Source: Fimbriimonadales bacterium (GTDB lineage: Bacteria > Armatimonadota > Fimbriimonadia > Fimbriimonadales > ATM1). From it: 64,000 bases of DNA. Positions within the stretch are counted from its first letter, which is position 1. Each line of letters starts with the position of its first letter. The position numbers were made by a program, and so were the translations under genes. Under the pieces are notes generated by a model. The model saw only the letters and a list, made by a program, of their open reading frames with translations, was not told where the DNA came from and did no database searches. This document shows, piece by piece, positions 1-10,982 of the stretch. The stretch lies in assembly GCA_041744215.1 (NCBI GenBank), contig JBGTLG010000006.1, forward strand, positions 1 through 64,000, in the 5' to 3' direction.

Positions 1-41
1 GGCCCCCCCGCTTTTCTTGCTCGTTACACCGGTATGCTCGA

Positions 42-1178
42 ATGATGAGATTTGCGACCCGCGCGGTTCACGCTGGAACTGAGCGTGAAACCCCACACTA
101 TCCGCTGGTTAACCCAATCTACCAATCGGCGACTTTTACCTGGGAGGACTTCGATACCGAAGCCGATCCTATGTATACGCGGTATGGAAATCCGTCGCGG
201 ACGGTCACCGAAAGCGCTCTCGCATCGATAGAGAATGCGAGCGACGCGCTACACCTTTCGTCAGGGATGGCTGCGGTTGCCGCAGTTTGTAGTCTTTTGC
301 GACCCGGTGATCATATCCTTTGTATCCGAGACGTATACGGCGGCACTTACAAGCTGCTCACGAAGTACTTAACGGCGCAAGGAATTGATGTCTCTTTCGT
401 TGATGCTTGCAATCTCGACGAGTTTGCATCCGGGATTCGACCGAACACGAAAATCGTCTGGCTTGAGTCTCCCACGAACCCTGTCCTTCGAGTCGTGGAT
501 CTTCAAGCGTGCACGAAGATCGCTCACGATGCTGGTGCCATTGTGGTCGTCGACAACACCTTCGCGACGCCTGTTCTGCAGAATCCGCTGGATATGGGTT
601 GCGACGTCGTGATGCACTCGGCAACCAAGTACCTCAATGGGCACAGCGACGTCGTGGGCGGCGCGCTGATGTGGAGAGACGATCCCTACGTTGCGTTCCG
701 CGATTATCTTATGACAACTGGGAGCAACCCAAGCCCATTTGATAGCTGGCTATTGCGCCGTGGCCTGAAGACGCTCGAATTGCGAGTGCGTCGGCAATCG
801 CTGAATGCACAAAGGGTTGCTGAGTTTTTGGCTGATCATCCCAAGATCGAGGCTGTGAACTATCCAGGACTGCCGAGCGATCCGGGTCACCATCTGGCAA
901 AGGGTCAGATGAGCGGATTCGGTGGGATGCTCGCCTTTGTCGTGAAAGGCGGAGCCGAAAGTGCCCGTGCTCTTTCGAACAAACTTGAGCTGTTCACAAT
1001 AGCTGCGTCGCTCGGTGGCGTCGAATCGCTTGTGGGATATCCTCCGGTGATGTCGCACGCAATGCTTACCGAATCTCAACGCATCGAACGTGGCATTCTG
1101 CCTGGTCTTCTTCGACTGAGTATTGGGATCGAGGATGCTGACGATCTTATTGAAGATCTTGATCAGGCATTAAGTTGA
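42..1178 (+). CDS. Cystathionine gamma-synthase/gamma-lyase family PLP enzyme (transsulfuration)
   Basis: Motifs YTRYGNP, SSGMAA, ESPTNP, DNTFATP, HSATKYLNGHSD (PLP lysine), SLGGVESL. Start may be the ATG at 45, 6 nt after TATGCT. Confidence 0.93.
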   Translation: MMRFATRAVHAGTERETPHYPLVNPIYQSATFTWEDFDTEADPMYTRYGNPSRTVTESALASIENASDALHLSSGMAAVAAVCSLLRPGDHILCIRDVYGGTYKLLTKYLTAQGIDVSFVDACNLDEFASGIRPNTKIVWLESPTNPVLRVVDLQACTKIAHDAGAIVVVDNTFATPVLQNPLDMGCDVVMHSATKYLNGHSDVVGGALMWRDDPYVAFRDYLMTTGSNPSPFDSWLLRRGLKTLELRVRRQSLNAQRVAEFLADHPKIEAVNYPGLPSDPGHHLAKGQMSGFGGMLAFVVKGGAESARALSNKLELFTIAASLGGVESLVGYPPVMSHAMLTESQRIERGILPGLLRLSIGIEDADDLIEDLDQALS

Positions 1179-2966
1179 CGGCTTTTTGCGAAGTGCGAGC
1201 CCAATCTCATCCCACTGGCTTTCGTCAATTTCGCTTGGCGAATCCATGAGTGGGTCGTAGCCTCCGCCAATTTTGGGGAATGCCATCACCTCGCGAATGT
1301 TTTCTTCGCCGAGAAGGAACATCGCAAGCCGGTCGATGCCTGGAGCAATGCCGCCGTGGGGAGGCGCGCCCATCCGGAATGCTTCGAGGATGTGGCCAAA
1401 TCGTGCCTGCTGTGTGGCCTCGTCAACGCCAAGCAGTTGAAAGACGCGCGCCTGGATTTCAGGCCGGTGGATACGAATGCTGCCACTTGCCCATTCGACT
1501 CCGTTGCAAACGATGTCATAGCAGTCAGCCCGAACGCGGCCAGGGTCGGACTCCAAGAATTCAAGATCGGCAGATTTCGGACTGGTAAACGGATGATGCG
1601 AAGCTTCCCACCGTTTCGAATCCTGATCCCATAGCACGAGGGGAAAGTCAAGAACCCAACAGAACGCCAGCTTTCGGGGGTCGCGCAGTCCGCACTTTTC
1701 GCCAATCAAGTTTCGAAGTCTGCCGAGGACGTTTAGCGCTTGAGCTTCCTGATCTGCGACGAAAAGCAGCAGGTCATTGTGCATCGCGTGAGCTCGATCA
1801 AGTATTGCGGACAGCTCTTCCGGAGTGAAGAACTTCGCAATCCCTTTCGCGTCCAGCGGATTCTCGCCTACAACCGGCAGGTTTGCGAGTCCTTTTGCCC
1901 CGAACTCTTTTGCAAACGTTTCGAGTTCGCCGATCTGCCCACGAGAGAGTTCTGCGCCGCCAGGATAGCGGATGCCCCGCACAATGCCGCCGCCTTCAGC
2001 TATGGTCTGGAAGACCCCAAAACCGCATCGCTTTGCAATGTCGGTGATATCAAAGATCTCAAGGTCGAATCGAAGGTCTGGTTTGTCGGTTGCGTACTTT
2101 CGCATCGACTCATCGTAGGTCAGGCGGGGAAACTCACTGACCGGATCTTTATCTAAGTCGAACTTTTCGATGACTGAGTTGCAAACTTCGCGGGTGAGAC
2201 CTTCTGCCAAACTCAAGATGTCTTCCTGCGTTGGGAAGGAGACTTCGAGATCAAGCTGCGTGAACTCTGGCTGCCTGTCGGCTCGTTGAGCTTCGTCGCG
2301 AAAACACTTTGCAATTTGATAATAGCGCTCAATACCGCCGACCATCAGCAGCTGTTTGTATTGCTGAGGGCTCTGTGGCAGGGCGTAAAACTTGCCGGGA
2401 TCCAATCGGTAAGGAACGAGATAATCGCGCGCGCCCTCGGGTGTGCTTTTCGTGAAGATTGGGGTTTCGACCTCTAGAAAATCGCGCTCGTCGAGGTACT
2501 TGCGAATGCCTGAAACCAGTGCAGCGCGCACTGCGAGTTTCTTATGCATCGAGGGTCTGCGCAAATCGAGATAGCGGTACTTGATGCGCAATTCCTCGGT
2601 CACCTTTTGCATCTGCTCTTCATCAGAGACCGGGAATGGAAGAACGTCGCAGTCGTTTAATACTTCGAGTTCTTCGACCAGCACTTCAACCTCCCCGGTA
2701 GGAATCCGCGAATTCACGGCCTCCGGCGTTCGCTTCGCAACGGTTCCTGTAACGGACAGCACAAACTCGCTGCGAAGGCTGTCGAGGCCTTGAACCTTCT
2801 GGACATCGCAGTTGAGTTGGCAAACGCCTGTTCGGTCGCGAAGATCGACAAAGAAGAGCCCGCCCAAATCCCGGATGCGGTGGCACCAGCCATTGAGAAC
2901 GACGGTTTGACCGACGTGTTCTGCACGGATCTGACCGCACGAGTGAGTTCGTTGCTTAAAGGACAT
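1170..2966 (-). CDS. aspS: Aspartyl-tRNA synthetase
   Basis: RTHSCG N-terminus, OB fold, TPEGARDY, LPQSPQ, QIAKCFRDE, RQPEFTQLD, GAPPHGGIAPGIDRL. Start placed at MSFKQRTH (2966); the ORF-track extension overlaps the divergent gene. Confidence 0.97.
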   Translation of the reverse strand: MSFKQRTHSCGQIRAEHVGQTVVLNGWCHRIRDLGGLFFVDLRDRTGVCQLNCDVQKVQGLDSLRSEFVLSVTGTVAKRTPEAVNSRIPTGEVEVLVEELEVLNDCDVLPFPVSDEEQMQKVTEELRIKYRYLDLRRPSMHKKLAVRAALVSGIRKYLDERDFLEVETPIFTKSTPEGARDYLVPYRLDPGKFYALPQSPQQYKQLLMVGGIERYYQIAKCFRDEAQRADRQPEFTQLDLEVSFPTQEDILSLAEGLTREVCNSVIEKFDLDKDPVSEFPRLTYDESMRKYATDKPDLRFDLEIFDITDIAKRCGFGVFQTIAEGGGIVRGIRYPGGAELSRGQIGELETFAKEFGAKGLANLPVVGENPLDAKGIAKFFTPEELSAILDRAHAMHNDLLLFVADQEAQALNVLGRLRNLIGEKCGLRDPRKLAFCWVLDFPLVLWDQDSKRWEASHHPFTSPKSADLEFLESDPGRVRADCYDIVCNGVEWASGSIRIHRPEIQARVFQLLGVDEATQQARFGHILEAFRMGAPPHGGIAPGIDRLAMFLLGEENIREVMAFPKIGGGYDPLMDSPSEIDESQWDEIGLALRKKPST

Positions 2967-3008
2967 GGGGAAGCCGAAGAATACCTCTTTAGGGTAGGTT
3001 CCTAAAAG

Positions 3009-4352
3009 ATGAAAAGCGTGACGCCTATAGACGGCGCGACCCTTACGGAAAGCGTCCGGTTTGAGCCGGGCGTTTACTTTGTGCCTCGGGGCATATCGAT
3101 TGGAAGACCGGGAATTCGAGTGGAAGGCGAAGGGGTCACCTTGGTCGGTGCAAACAAGGAAGGAGTGGGAGTCTCGCTCTCTGGGGTTGATGGCGTCGAA
3201 GTCCGTGGCATCCAACTGCGCGACTTTTATCACGGGCTGCGTGCTGAGAATTGCTCGGGGCTCGTCATATCAGATTGCCGGATCACGTCGACTTCCGAGA
3301 TCGCGCCGAATTCGGTGTTTCTCGACATTTGGCTCGATGCGAGCAGCTCATACGGCGGAGCGATCTGCTTAGTATCGTGTGCCGATAGTGAGGTTGTGGA
3401 GAACGATCTCCAGCACCAAATGAACGGATTGCTGACTTACGGATGCAAAAACCTCGCTGTTCGGAGAAACCAGAGCAACTACAACAGCGGTTTTGGAATC
3501 CATCTTTATCAAACCGTCGACTCGGTGTTTGAAGCGAATTCTTGTGACTACTGCTGCCGATTCGAGCCGAGAGAGGGTGGACTTCACTTCGGACACATGG
3601 GTGCCGATGCAACAGGATTCCTTGCGGTCATGAATTCATCGCGCAACCTGTTCTTGCGAAACACGGCGAGGCTCGGTGGAGACGGCTTCTTTCTTGCTGG
3701 CCTCTCACCGAACGGAACCCCATGCGGATGTAATGAAAACGTGTTTGAAGAGAACGACGCCTCCCTTAGCCCAAACATTGCCTTTGAATCTACGTTCTGT
3801 GAGCGTAATGTCTTTCGCGGAAATGTAGCAGACCGGTGCAACTTCGGCTTTTGGTGTGGATACAGCAAAGACTTTGTGATCGAGAATAACAGGATTTTGT
3901 GGAATCGACAAGCGGGTATAGCAGTTGAAAACGGAGTCGGCTTTCGCGTTAGCGGAAATCACTTCCAGTCAAACGGGCACGGCATCTTGTTATGGAGTCA
4001 CTACGTCGAGGAGTTTCTGAAGGCATATCCAGACAGGGATACCAGTCGGGAATGGGAGATAGAGGACAATCGCTTTCTAAACAACGGGATCGGTGTTCGA
4101 ATCGCCGCCGACCAAGACCACGGAATTCGAGACCAGGAAGTGCGGGGCCCGGACGAGAGTCGGCCGCACTCACACAGGATCATCAAGAACGACATACAGG
4201 ATAATCGAGTTGGCGTAGAATTCGTGCGAACCAGTCGGAATGTTTTACGCGAAAACCGAATTCGGAACAATGTCGAGGCAGGCGTTCGGCTCGACGACTC
4301 GAGCGATAACGAAATCGTAAACAACCTTGGGCTCAGAGGCGCCTACTTGTGA
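3009..4352 (+). CDS. Right-handed parallel beta-helix repeat protein (NosD/pectin-lyase-like)
   Basis: Repeated N/G-rich PbH1 units (ENNRILWNRQAGIAVENG, NRFLNNGIGV, NDIQDNRVGV); stop overlaps pyrD start (GTGA). Confidence 0.8.
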   Translation: MKSVTPIDGATLTESVRFEPGVYFVPRGISIGRPGIRVEGEGVTLVGANKEGVGVSLSGVDGVEVRGIQLRDFYHGLRAENCSGLVISDCRITSTSEIAPNSVFLDIWLDASSSYGGAICLVSCADSEVVENDLQHQMNGLLTYGCKNLAVRRNQSNYNSGFGIHLYQTVDSVFEANSCDYCCRFEPREGGLHFGHMGADATGFLAVMNSSRNLFLRNTARLGGDGFFLAGLSPNGTPCGCNENVFEENDASLSPNIAFESTFCERNVFRGNVADRCNFGFWCGYSKDFVIENNRILWNRQAGIAVENGVGFRVSGNHFQSNGHGILLWSHYVEEFLKAYPDRDTSREWEIEDNRFLNNGIGVRIAADQDHGIRDQEVRGPDESRPHSHRIIKNDIQDNRVGVEFVRTSRNVLRENRIRNNVEAGVRLDDSSDNEIVNNLGLRGAYL

Positions 4353-5332
4353 GTTACGATTTCATCCGGCGCGTGCTTTTCTCACTCGATGCGGAGCGCG
4401 CGCATGATTTGGCGATGTGGTCGATTGCAACGGGTTTGGTTTCAGGAGGCCGCCCTGTTGCAGTGCCGTGCAGCTGTGTGTTGTTCGGTCGCTTGATTCC
4501 ACACCCGATTGGTTTGGCGGCGGGATTCGACAAGAATGCTCTCGCTATCGACGAGTGGGAATCGTTGGGATTCTCTTTCGTAGAAGTAGGCACGGTCACG
4601 CCTTTGCCGCAAGAAGGTAACCCCAAGCCGCGACTGTTTCGATTGCCAGAAGACAACGCGATCATCAATCGAATGGGATTTAACAACGATGGGGTTCAGG
4701 TTGTCGCCAATCGGCTCGAAGCTCGGCAGTCGCGGATTCTTGTCGGTGTTAACATTGGCAAGAACAAGTGGACGCCGAATGAATTCGCGGTGTCCGATTA
4801 TGAAAACTGCTTGAAGGCAGTGCGAAGTGTTTGCGATTACGTTGTCGTAAACGTCAGCTCGCCAAACACACCAGGCTTGCGGGATCTCCAGTCCGTCGAA
4901 TCGATATCAAGAATTCTAGACGCGATGACTCGAATCGCTCCGTCCATGCCGATCGCGATCAAACTCAGTCCCGATGCCCATGATGACGAGCTTGCTCAGA
5001 TTGCGGAGGCCGCGGTCAACGCCGGAGCGCAAGGGATCGTTGCGACTAATACCACCCTTTCCCGAGACGGGCTCCAATCGGACAATCGGAATGAAGCAGG
5101 CGGGTTATCTGGAATGCCGCTTTGCGATCGCGCAACCGATGTTTGCAAAATTGTGAGGGCGAGTATTGGTGATCGAGCGAACGTGATCGGTGTGGGCGGC
5201 ATTTTCACGGGCGAGGATGCACAAACTAGACTTGCCGCCGGTGCGAACGCAGTGCAGATATACACTGCGCTTGTCTATCGTGGCCCGGCTGTTGTCAGTG
5301 AAATGCTGACCGAGATGGTCAATGCTGGTTAG
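4349..5332 (+). CDS. pyrD: Quinone-dependent dihydroorotate dehydrogenase (class 2)
   Basis: GLAAGFDKN, GNPKPRLFRL, INRMGFNN, NVSSPNTPGLR, KLSPD, GGLSG, IGVGGI. Confidence 0.96.
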   Translation: MSYDFIRRVLFSLDAERAHDLAMWSIATGLVSGGRPVAVPCSCVLFGRLIPHPIGLAAGFDKNALAIDEWESLGFSFVEVGTVTPLPQEGNPKPRLFRLPEDNAIINRMGFNNDGVQVVANRLEARQSRILVGVNIGKNKWTPNEFAVSDYENCLKAVRSVCDYVVVNVSSPNTPGLRDLQSVESISRILDAMTRIAPSMPIAIKLSPDAHDDELAQIAEAAVNAGAQGIVATNTTLSRDGLQSDNRNEAGGLSGMPLCDRATDVCKIVRASIGDRANVIGVGGIFTGEDAQTRLAAGANAVQIYTALVYRGPAVVSEMLTEMVNAG

Positions 5333-6072
5333 CGCGGCTCCCCATCTAGCTTCCATCGCAGGGTGCCATCCCACCCGTTGATTCTAAATCGGTAGCCATC
5401 CTCGTCGACATCTATCACCGCGACCGCTTCTCGCGGCGCGCCCCTCTCGATCGCAGCAGCCCACATCGACTCGATCGACAACTTTGGCTCGCCGATCCCT
5501 CCGGGAAGTTTTCCGATCGTCGGCGAACCCTTCGTTATGACCATCCCCTTGTTCTTGAAACGATATTCCTTGTTGATGTCCCCGCCTCGCGATACCACGT
5601 GTCGCACTTGACCTGGCCGGTAGCACTCAACTTTCACCCGCTCTATCCAAACGTCATCGGGGCCTCGCCCGGCGCCAAGCGGAGGCATCTCCTCTGGAGG
5701 ATTTTTCGGCGTGCGGACAAACGTGTACTCGACTCTTGGCGGGGGCTTGTAATCGGCTGACAGATCGACGCGCCCATTCGAGTCGACGAAGCTGATGGTG
5801 ATACTGACGAGGCGCGCGTCAGCTCCAACTCGCTCTCGAATCCCGTCGAGAGCAGCGAACGGCTCGAAGCGCTCCGCGTCACCCGGTACCGGGAACGTCT
5901 CTTCGTTCATGATCGCTGTGTTGATCATCTCCATAAGCCACATTCCCGGCTGGCAAGAAATGATGAGTGCGAGGGGGATAACGACCACAGCGATCAGGCA
6001 GCCGATGATCCCGCATGCAAGCTTGAACGGGCGGCGCTTCCGCCCAATCTGAAGGGTTGGATCGGTGTACAC
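5329..6072 (-). CDS. Hypothetical membrane-anchored protein
   Basis: Long ORF with one hydrophobic helix (IIGCLIAVVVIPLALII) after a basic patch; GTG at 6072 chosen to avoid overlap with the divergent protease; start uncertain. Confidence 0.6.
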   Translation of the reverse strand: MYTDPTLQIGRKRRPFKLACGIIGCLIAVVVIPLALIISCQPGMWLMEMINTAIMNEETFPVPGDAERFEPFAALDGIRERVGADARLVSITISFVDSNGRVDLSADYKPPPRVEYTFVRTPKNPPEEMPPLGAGRGPDDVWIERVKVECYRPGQVRHVVSRGGDINKEYRFKNKGMVITKGSPTIGKLPGGIGEPKLSIESMWAAAIERGAPREAVAVIDVDEDGYRFRINGWDGTLRWKLDGEPR

Positions 6073-6180
6073 AGTTAGTTTGGGAGCATTATTCTCGAAT
6101 TTTGAGTCGGACTTGAGGCCCAGTGTGTCGAAACTTGAGCGTCTGCCAGCGTTTACGCCGTAAAATGAACTGGGCTCACT

Positions 6181-7290
6181 ATGACTAAAGCCGTTCCGTA
6201 CATCTTTCTCTTCTTGGCGGTGTTTGGCGGGGTTATCGGGGGAATGTTCGTCTACGACCGATTTGTCCACCCAACACCTAAGCCGGCCGATTCGCTCTCG
6301 GCATTCGTCAACTCAACCCCGGTCAATCTGCCCAGGGAACCGGGGCAGATCGCGTTCGAGGGGACAGCCGCCCGGCTGTTGCCATCGGTGGTGTCCGTCT
6401 ACCGGAGGCAGCAGACCTACTTCAGCGACGAACTGCAAGTCAGCGGGCAGGGCTCGGGGGTCATCCTCACAGCGGACGGCTACATCATTTCCAACCACCA
6501 CGTTGTCGCAGAGGCCCAGTCGGTCGACGTCAAACTGAGCGATGGCCGGGTGCTCCAGGCACAGCTCGTCGGCGAAGACCCAATCAGCGATCTAGCGCTC
6601 CTAAAGGTTGAAGCCACAGGATTGCCCGCTGCGGAGCTTGCCGACAGCGACCAACTCGTCATCGGCGAGTGGGTTTTGGCAGTCGGAAGCCCCCTCGGGT
6701 ACGAAAGCACGCTCAGCATAGGAGTCGTCAGCGCAAAGAACCGAGACCTGCCAGGAGAACGTGGACGCGCACCGCTCATCGGAGCGATCCAAACCGACGC
6801 CGCGATCAATCAAGGAAACTCCGGCGGCGCGCTGGCGAACATCCACGGTCAGGTGGTTGGCATTAACACGCAGATCGCCAGCACAACTGGCGGCAGCATC
6901 GGCATCGGATTCGCTATCCCGGCGAACAGCGTCAAGCGGTTTGTCGACGACATCCGCAAGTTCGGTCGACCGAGACACAGCGACCTCGGCGTACTTAGAT
7001 TTGGGCGATCCGAATGGCTGAGGGACCCCGGTTTCGCCGATGAGATCGGACCGAATCCGCCGCAACAGGGGCTTGTGATCTGGGCGGTCGTCCCTGGCTC
7101 TCCGCTCGAAAAGGCTGGGATTGGCAAGCTCGACGTACTCATCGATATTGATGGCAAGCCGATGGCGACGCTTGACGACTATCTGACATTCCTCCTTAAG
7201 TCGGAGATCGGCCAGACTGTCAGCGTCAAGTTCTGGCAAAAGGGCCAGGTTAAAACCGTGCAAATACCCCTCGAGGAGATGCAATCATAA
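6181..7290 (+). CDS. HtrA/DegP-like trypsin serine protease with one PDZ domain
   Basis: N-terminal TM helix, GSGVI, NHHVV (His), DLALLKV (Asp), IQTDAAINQGNSGG (Ser), GIGFAIP, C-terminal PDZ. Confidence 0.95.
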   Translation: MTKAVPYIFLFLAVFGGVIGGMFVYDRFVHPTPKPADSLSAFVNSTPVNLPREPGQIAFEGTAARLLPSVVSVYRRQQTYFSDELQVSGQGSGVILTADGYIISNHHVVAEAQSVDVKLSDGRVLQAQLVGEDPISDLALLKVEATGLPAAELADSDQLVIGEWVLAVGSPLGYESTLSIGVVSAKNRDLPGERGRAPLIGAIQTDAAINQGNSGGALANIHGQVVGINTQIASTTGGSIGIGFAIPANSVKRFVDDIRKFGRPRHSDLGVLRFGRSEWLRDPGFADEIGPNPPQQGLVIWAVVPGSPLEKAGIGKLDVLIDIDGKPMATLDDYLTFLLKSEIGQTVSVKFWQKGQVKTVQIPLEEMQS

Positions 7291-7317
7291 AGGACGTTCA
7301 AACGTCAGGAACTATAG

Positions 7318-8904
7318 TTGGAAAGAGTCAACGCAGAACTTCTTGAAATCCTCAACGCCTTGCCCCCCGTCGTCCGCGACACCATCCTCAAAAGCCCGGA
7401 TCGCGACCGCGTCATCGAGATCGTTATCGACTACGGTCGCCCCGCGGAGATTCGCTATACGGACCGTTTTGAACGGCTGACCGAATACGTCGTTGACGAG
7501 GACGACATTCGGTTCATCACCGAGCGGGTGGGGGAGTTTGGAGGAGACAACCGGGCCGGAATCGAACGCACGCTGCACCGCATCAGCGCGATTCGAAACC
7601 GCACCGGGCGCATCGTCGGATTAACTTGCCGCGTCGGTCGCGCCATTCATGGAACGATCGACATGATCCACGACATAGTCGAAACGAACAAGTCGATCCT
7701 CTTCCTCGGGAAACCTGGCGTCGGAAAAACGACGAAGCTGCGCGAGGTCGCGCGAACGCTCGCAGATGATTTTAACAAGCGCGTCGTCATTGTTGATACA
7801 TCAAATGAAATAGCCGGCGATGGCGACATACCGCATCCCGCGATCGGTGCAGCGCGACGAATGCAAGTGAGCGATCCGTCTGCGCAACATCAAGTGATGA
7901 TCGAAGCAGTCGAAAACCATATGCCCGAAGTCGTCGTCATCGACGAGATCGGAACCGAGATGGAAGCGTATGCAGCGCGAACTATCGCAGAGCGTGGGGT
8001 GCAACTCGTCGGCACGGCGCACGGCCGCACGCTTGAAAACTTGATGCTCAACCCGACGCTTTCTGATCTCATCGGTGGAATTCAAACCGTTACGCTATCC
8101 GACGACGAAGCGAAACGGCGCGGAACGCAGAAGTCCGTTCTTGAACGCAAAGCGCCGCCAACATTCGACGTCATCATCGAACTGATCGATTACGACAAAC
8201 TCGCCGTCCATCACGACGTGCAGCGAACCGTCGACGCGATACTGCGCGGTATGCAGCCGCAGCCAGAAATTCGCGTACGAACAGAATCGGGGGATTATGA
8301 AGTCGTCGCGAAATCGCGCGTGCCAGAACCGATGGAGCCCGTTCGCAGACAAGGTTCGAAACCGCCCGAACAGCCCATCCCCGCAGTTCCCAGCGTGACG
8401 CGCGCCGGTCACACAAACGGCGACACGAAACCGCTCGCGCGCGTCATGCGCATTTATCCGTATGGAATCGCGCGAACAAGACTCGAACGTGCGATACGAG
8501 AAAAGAAAGCGCCCGTTGTCATAAGCAACGATCTTTCCGATGCCGACGCAGTGATCGCAATGCGCTCGTCGCTTCAGCGCAAACCCGCGAAACTGCGCGA
8601 GAGACTTGGAAGATCGATCCCAACCATCGCAATCAAGAGCAACACACTTGCGCAGATCGCAAGCGCGCTCGACGATCTGCTGCGAGGCGCGGCGAGCGAT
8701 CCCGAAGCCGAAGAGATCACGCGCGAAGAAGTGCTCGAAGCAATCGAGTTCGTAAGAACAAAAGGAAAAGCGTTTGAACTTAACCCAGCTGGCCCGACGA
8801 TTCGCAAAATGCAGCATCACCTGATTGAAACGCACCGACTGCGAAGCGAAGCGGTCGGGCGCGATCCAAACCGCCGCGTGCGGATTCTTCCAGTCGGAGC
8901 ATGA
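7318..8904 (+). CDS. Ycf45/SpoIIIAA-like AAA ATPase with C-terminal R3H domain
   Basis: [11 protein letters not shown], Walker [31 protein letters not shown], Walker B IDEIG, R3H motif RKMQH. Confidence 0.88.
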   Translation: MERVNAELLEILNALPPVVRDTILKSPDRDRVIEIVIDYGRPAEIRYTDRFERLTEYVVDEDDIRFITERVGEFGGDNRAGIERTLHRISAIRNRTGRIVGLTCRVGRAIHGTIDMIHDIVETNKSILFLGKPGVGKTTKLREVARTLADDFNKRVVIVDTSNEIAGDGDIPHPAIGAARRMQVSDPSAQHQVMIEAVENHMPEVVVIDEIGTEMEAYAARTIAERGVQLVGTAHGRTLENLMLNPTLSDLIGGIQTVTLSDDEAKRRGTQKSVLERKAPPTFDVIIELIDYDKLAVHHDVQRTVDAILRGMQPQPEIRVRTESGDYEVVAKSRVPEPMEPVRRQGSKPPEQPIPAVPSVTRAGHTNGDTKPLARVMRIYPYGIARTRLERAIREKKAPVVISNDLSDADAVIAMRSSLQRKPAKLRERLGRSIPTIAIKSNTLAQIASALDDLLRGAASDPEAEEITREEVLEAIEFVRTKGKAFELNPAGPTIRKMQHHLIETHRLRSEAVGRDPNRRVRILPVGA

Positions 8905-9518
8905 AAGGCCGATTCATAACGCTCGAAGGACCCGATGGCGCGGGCAAATCCACTCTCGCAAAAGCCATCGCAGAAAAACTCCGGCAACACAACATAGAAG
9001 TCCTCACAACGCGAGAACCAGGAGACGGAGCCATCGGCCCCAAAATCCGCGAAGCAATCCTCGATGGCGACAGCCTCGACTCCTGGACAGAACTCTTCCT
9101 CTTCCTCGCCGACCGAAGCCAGCACGTTCTAAACGTCATCAAACCCGCGCTCGAAGACGGCAAGTGGGTCGTCTGCGACCGGTTCTCCGACTCCACAAAC
9201 GTCTACCAAGGACACGCGCGCGGCCTGCCGCTCCCCGAGCTTTATCACCTGAACATCCTCGCGACCCACGGCGTGCATCCCGACGCGACGCTGCTCCTCG
9301 ATCTCCAACCCGAAGTCGGCCTCGCGCGCCTAAAAGACAAGAACCGGCTCGACAAAGAGCCGCTGGAGTTTCATCAAAGGGTGCGAAAGGGATTCCTCAC
9401 CGAGGCGCACAGGCACCCCGAGCGCTGGCACGTGCTTGATGCCGCCCAAGCGCCCGATGCGCTGCTTGATGATGCGTGGAGCGCGCTCGCCCCCCTCCTC
9501 GCCATGCGGCATCAGTAA
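8901..9518 (+). CDS. tmk: Thymidylate kinase
   Basis: [36 protein letters not shown] overlap with upstream gene. Confidence 0.96.
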   Translation: MKGRFITLEGPDGAGKSTLAKAIAEKLRQHNIEVLTTREPGDGAIGPKIREAILDGDSLDSWTELFLFLADRSQHVLNVIKPALEDGKWVVCDRFSDSTNVYQGHARGLPLPELYHLNILATHGVHPDATLLLDLQPEVGLARLKDKNRLDKEPLEFHQRVRKGFLTEAHRHPERWHVLDAAQAPDALLDDAWSALAPLLAMRHQ

Positions 9519-9550
9519 GAGGGGCAACCCAAGCGCACCTCGGCCAAGAA

Positions 9551-10429
9551 TCAGTACTTCACGCGCACATAGATCGTCGCCTGCACGGCGGGTTCGATCA
9601 CAACCGGGTTGATCACATGATCGAAATCCTGCGCACTTAGCGCATTGTAATAAAACGTTCTCGGCTTGCGCGCGCGCTGAATCGTCATGCCTTGACGATA
9701 ACCCGCAACGTTCTCCGACTCTTCCGCAACATATGCGTCATACATATCAACAGGAAAATACAGGCTGACCCGAACAGGAAGAACATGCGTCAATTGCCCA
9801 ACCTTAACGCCGAGCAGCAACTCCTGTTCCTCCGCTTTCGCCTTGATCACGCTCGACGCAGCTTCCATCAACCGCTTGCGAATCGGCGCGATATCCGCGA
9901 TCACATAGTCCACCTTTACTAAATCGAAAATCCCCGACTTCGACGCGGAAGCAATCAGCTTATCCAGCATCGACTTGTCGCGAAAGCGAATCGAGACGTT
10001 CTTCTTCACCTCGAATCCAACAAGCTGCTCGATAGCGACGTTCGCTTGCGAAACGTCGTAGCCATAGATTCGGTTTTGCGCAATGAAATCAACAAAGTAA
10101 TCGCTCGCCGCGATGTTGAGCTGCCCCAGGCTTTCGGAAAACGACTTGACGCGCGCATCCATTCGCTGCTGCGCATCGTCGAGCGTGCTCCCTTCCTGGC
10201 TTATGCCAAACACCGCGACGTATTCGTCCGGCGCAACGTTCATCAGCACGCTCGCGTCGAGAAACCGACCGTCTTCAAAAGGAAAGTTGCGCTTTGCGAG
10301 TTCGTTCGCTCGCGCAGCGAGCACGCCCGATACCGCGCGGCTCGAGAAGGCGGCGCTGCCGCCGGCGATTTGGGCGGCTGCGTTCGCGGCTATGGCGATG
10401 AGTGAAAGGATCGACAAGAGTTTGTGCAT
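9551..10429 (-). CDS. SIMPL (DUF541) domain periplasmic protein
   Basis: Signal peptide; pattern V(A)PDEYVAVFGI, GFEVKKNVSI, AKAKAEE..LLGVKVG resembles SIMPL. Confidence 0.7.
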   Translation of the reverse strand: MHKLLSILSLIAIAANAAAQIAGGSAAFSSRAVSGVLAARANELAKRNFPFEDGRFLDASVLMNVAPDEYVAVFGISQEGSTLDDAQQRMDARVKSFSESLGQLNIAASDYFVDFIAQNRIYGYDVSQANVAIEQLVGFEVKKNVSIRFRDKSMLDKLIASASKSGIFDLVKVDYVIADIAPIRKRLMEAASSVIKAKAEEQELLLGVKVGQLTHVLPVRVSLYFPVDMYDAYVAEESENVAGYRQGMTIQRARKPRTFYYNALSAQDFDHVINPVVIEPAVQATIYVRVKY

Positions 10430-10772
10430 CGTTCAATCTCCTCGGCCCGGGTTGTTTCGGGCCACCGGGTTAGACGTGGCCGGGCGCGGAAAGGCTACTC
10501 GATGCGACTTGCCCAAGTTGATCGAGACGCCTGCCGATGCGGAGGCCAGAACCGATGCTTTGTGGCGTAAGATGAGGCTCGAAAGTCATGGAAGAGTTGG
10601 GCGCGCTCAACATCGCCAACTACAACCTCCGGGTCAAGTTCTCGGCGGGCTACGTCGCGAGCGAGACTGCGGCTGGCGATCTTTTTGGATAGATTGTGGA
10701 GCGCGGCGCTTCGGCCCGGACCCGGTGGCGTCGTCACTGAGGTTGTGAGTGTTGGAACGGTAAACTCGGTCT

Positions 10773-10982
10773 ATGGGTACGTACTCAGCCAGTGCTTCCG
10801 GCATGGTCGGACCAGCGGGAATCCCGCCCAGTTCTAGGCCAATGAACTCCTCACGACTCGGTGCCGTAAACAACAAAAGCGTTGAGGACTACTACTATCA
10901 CCAGGCCGCGACTACCCAGGGATTTGCTCTCCCCTTGTCCTGGAACCTCTCGCGGTTTTTTTCAACTTCTGAGTCGCGATGA
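10773..10982 (+). CDS. Small hypothetical protein (69 aa)
   Basis: ATG 6 nt after TAAACT (leaderless signature); stop overlaps the next start (ATGA at 10979). No recognisable family. Confidence 0.3.
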   Translation: MGTYSASASGMVGPAGIPPSSRPMNSSRLGAVNNKSVEDYYYHQAATTQGFALPLSWNLSRFFSTSESR

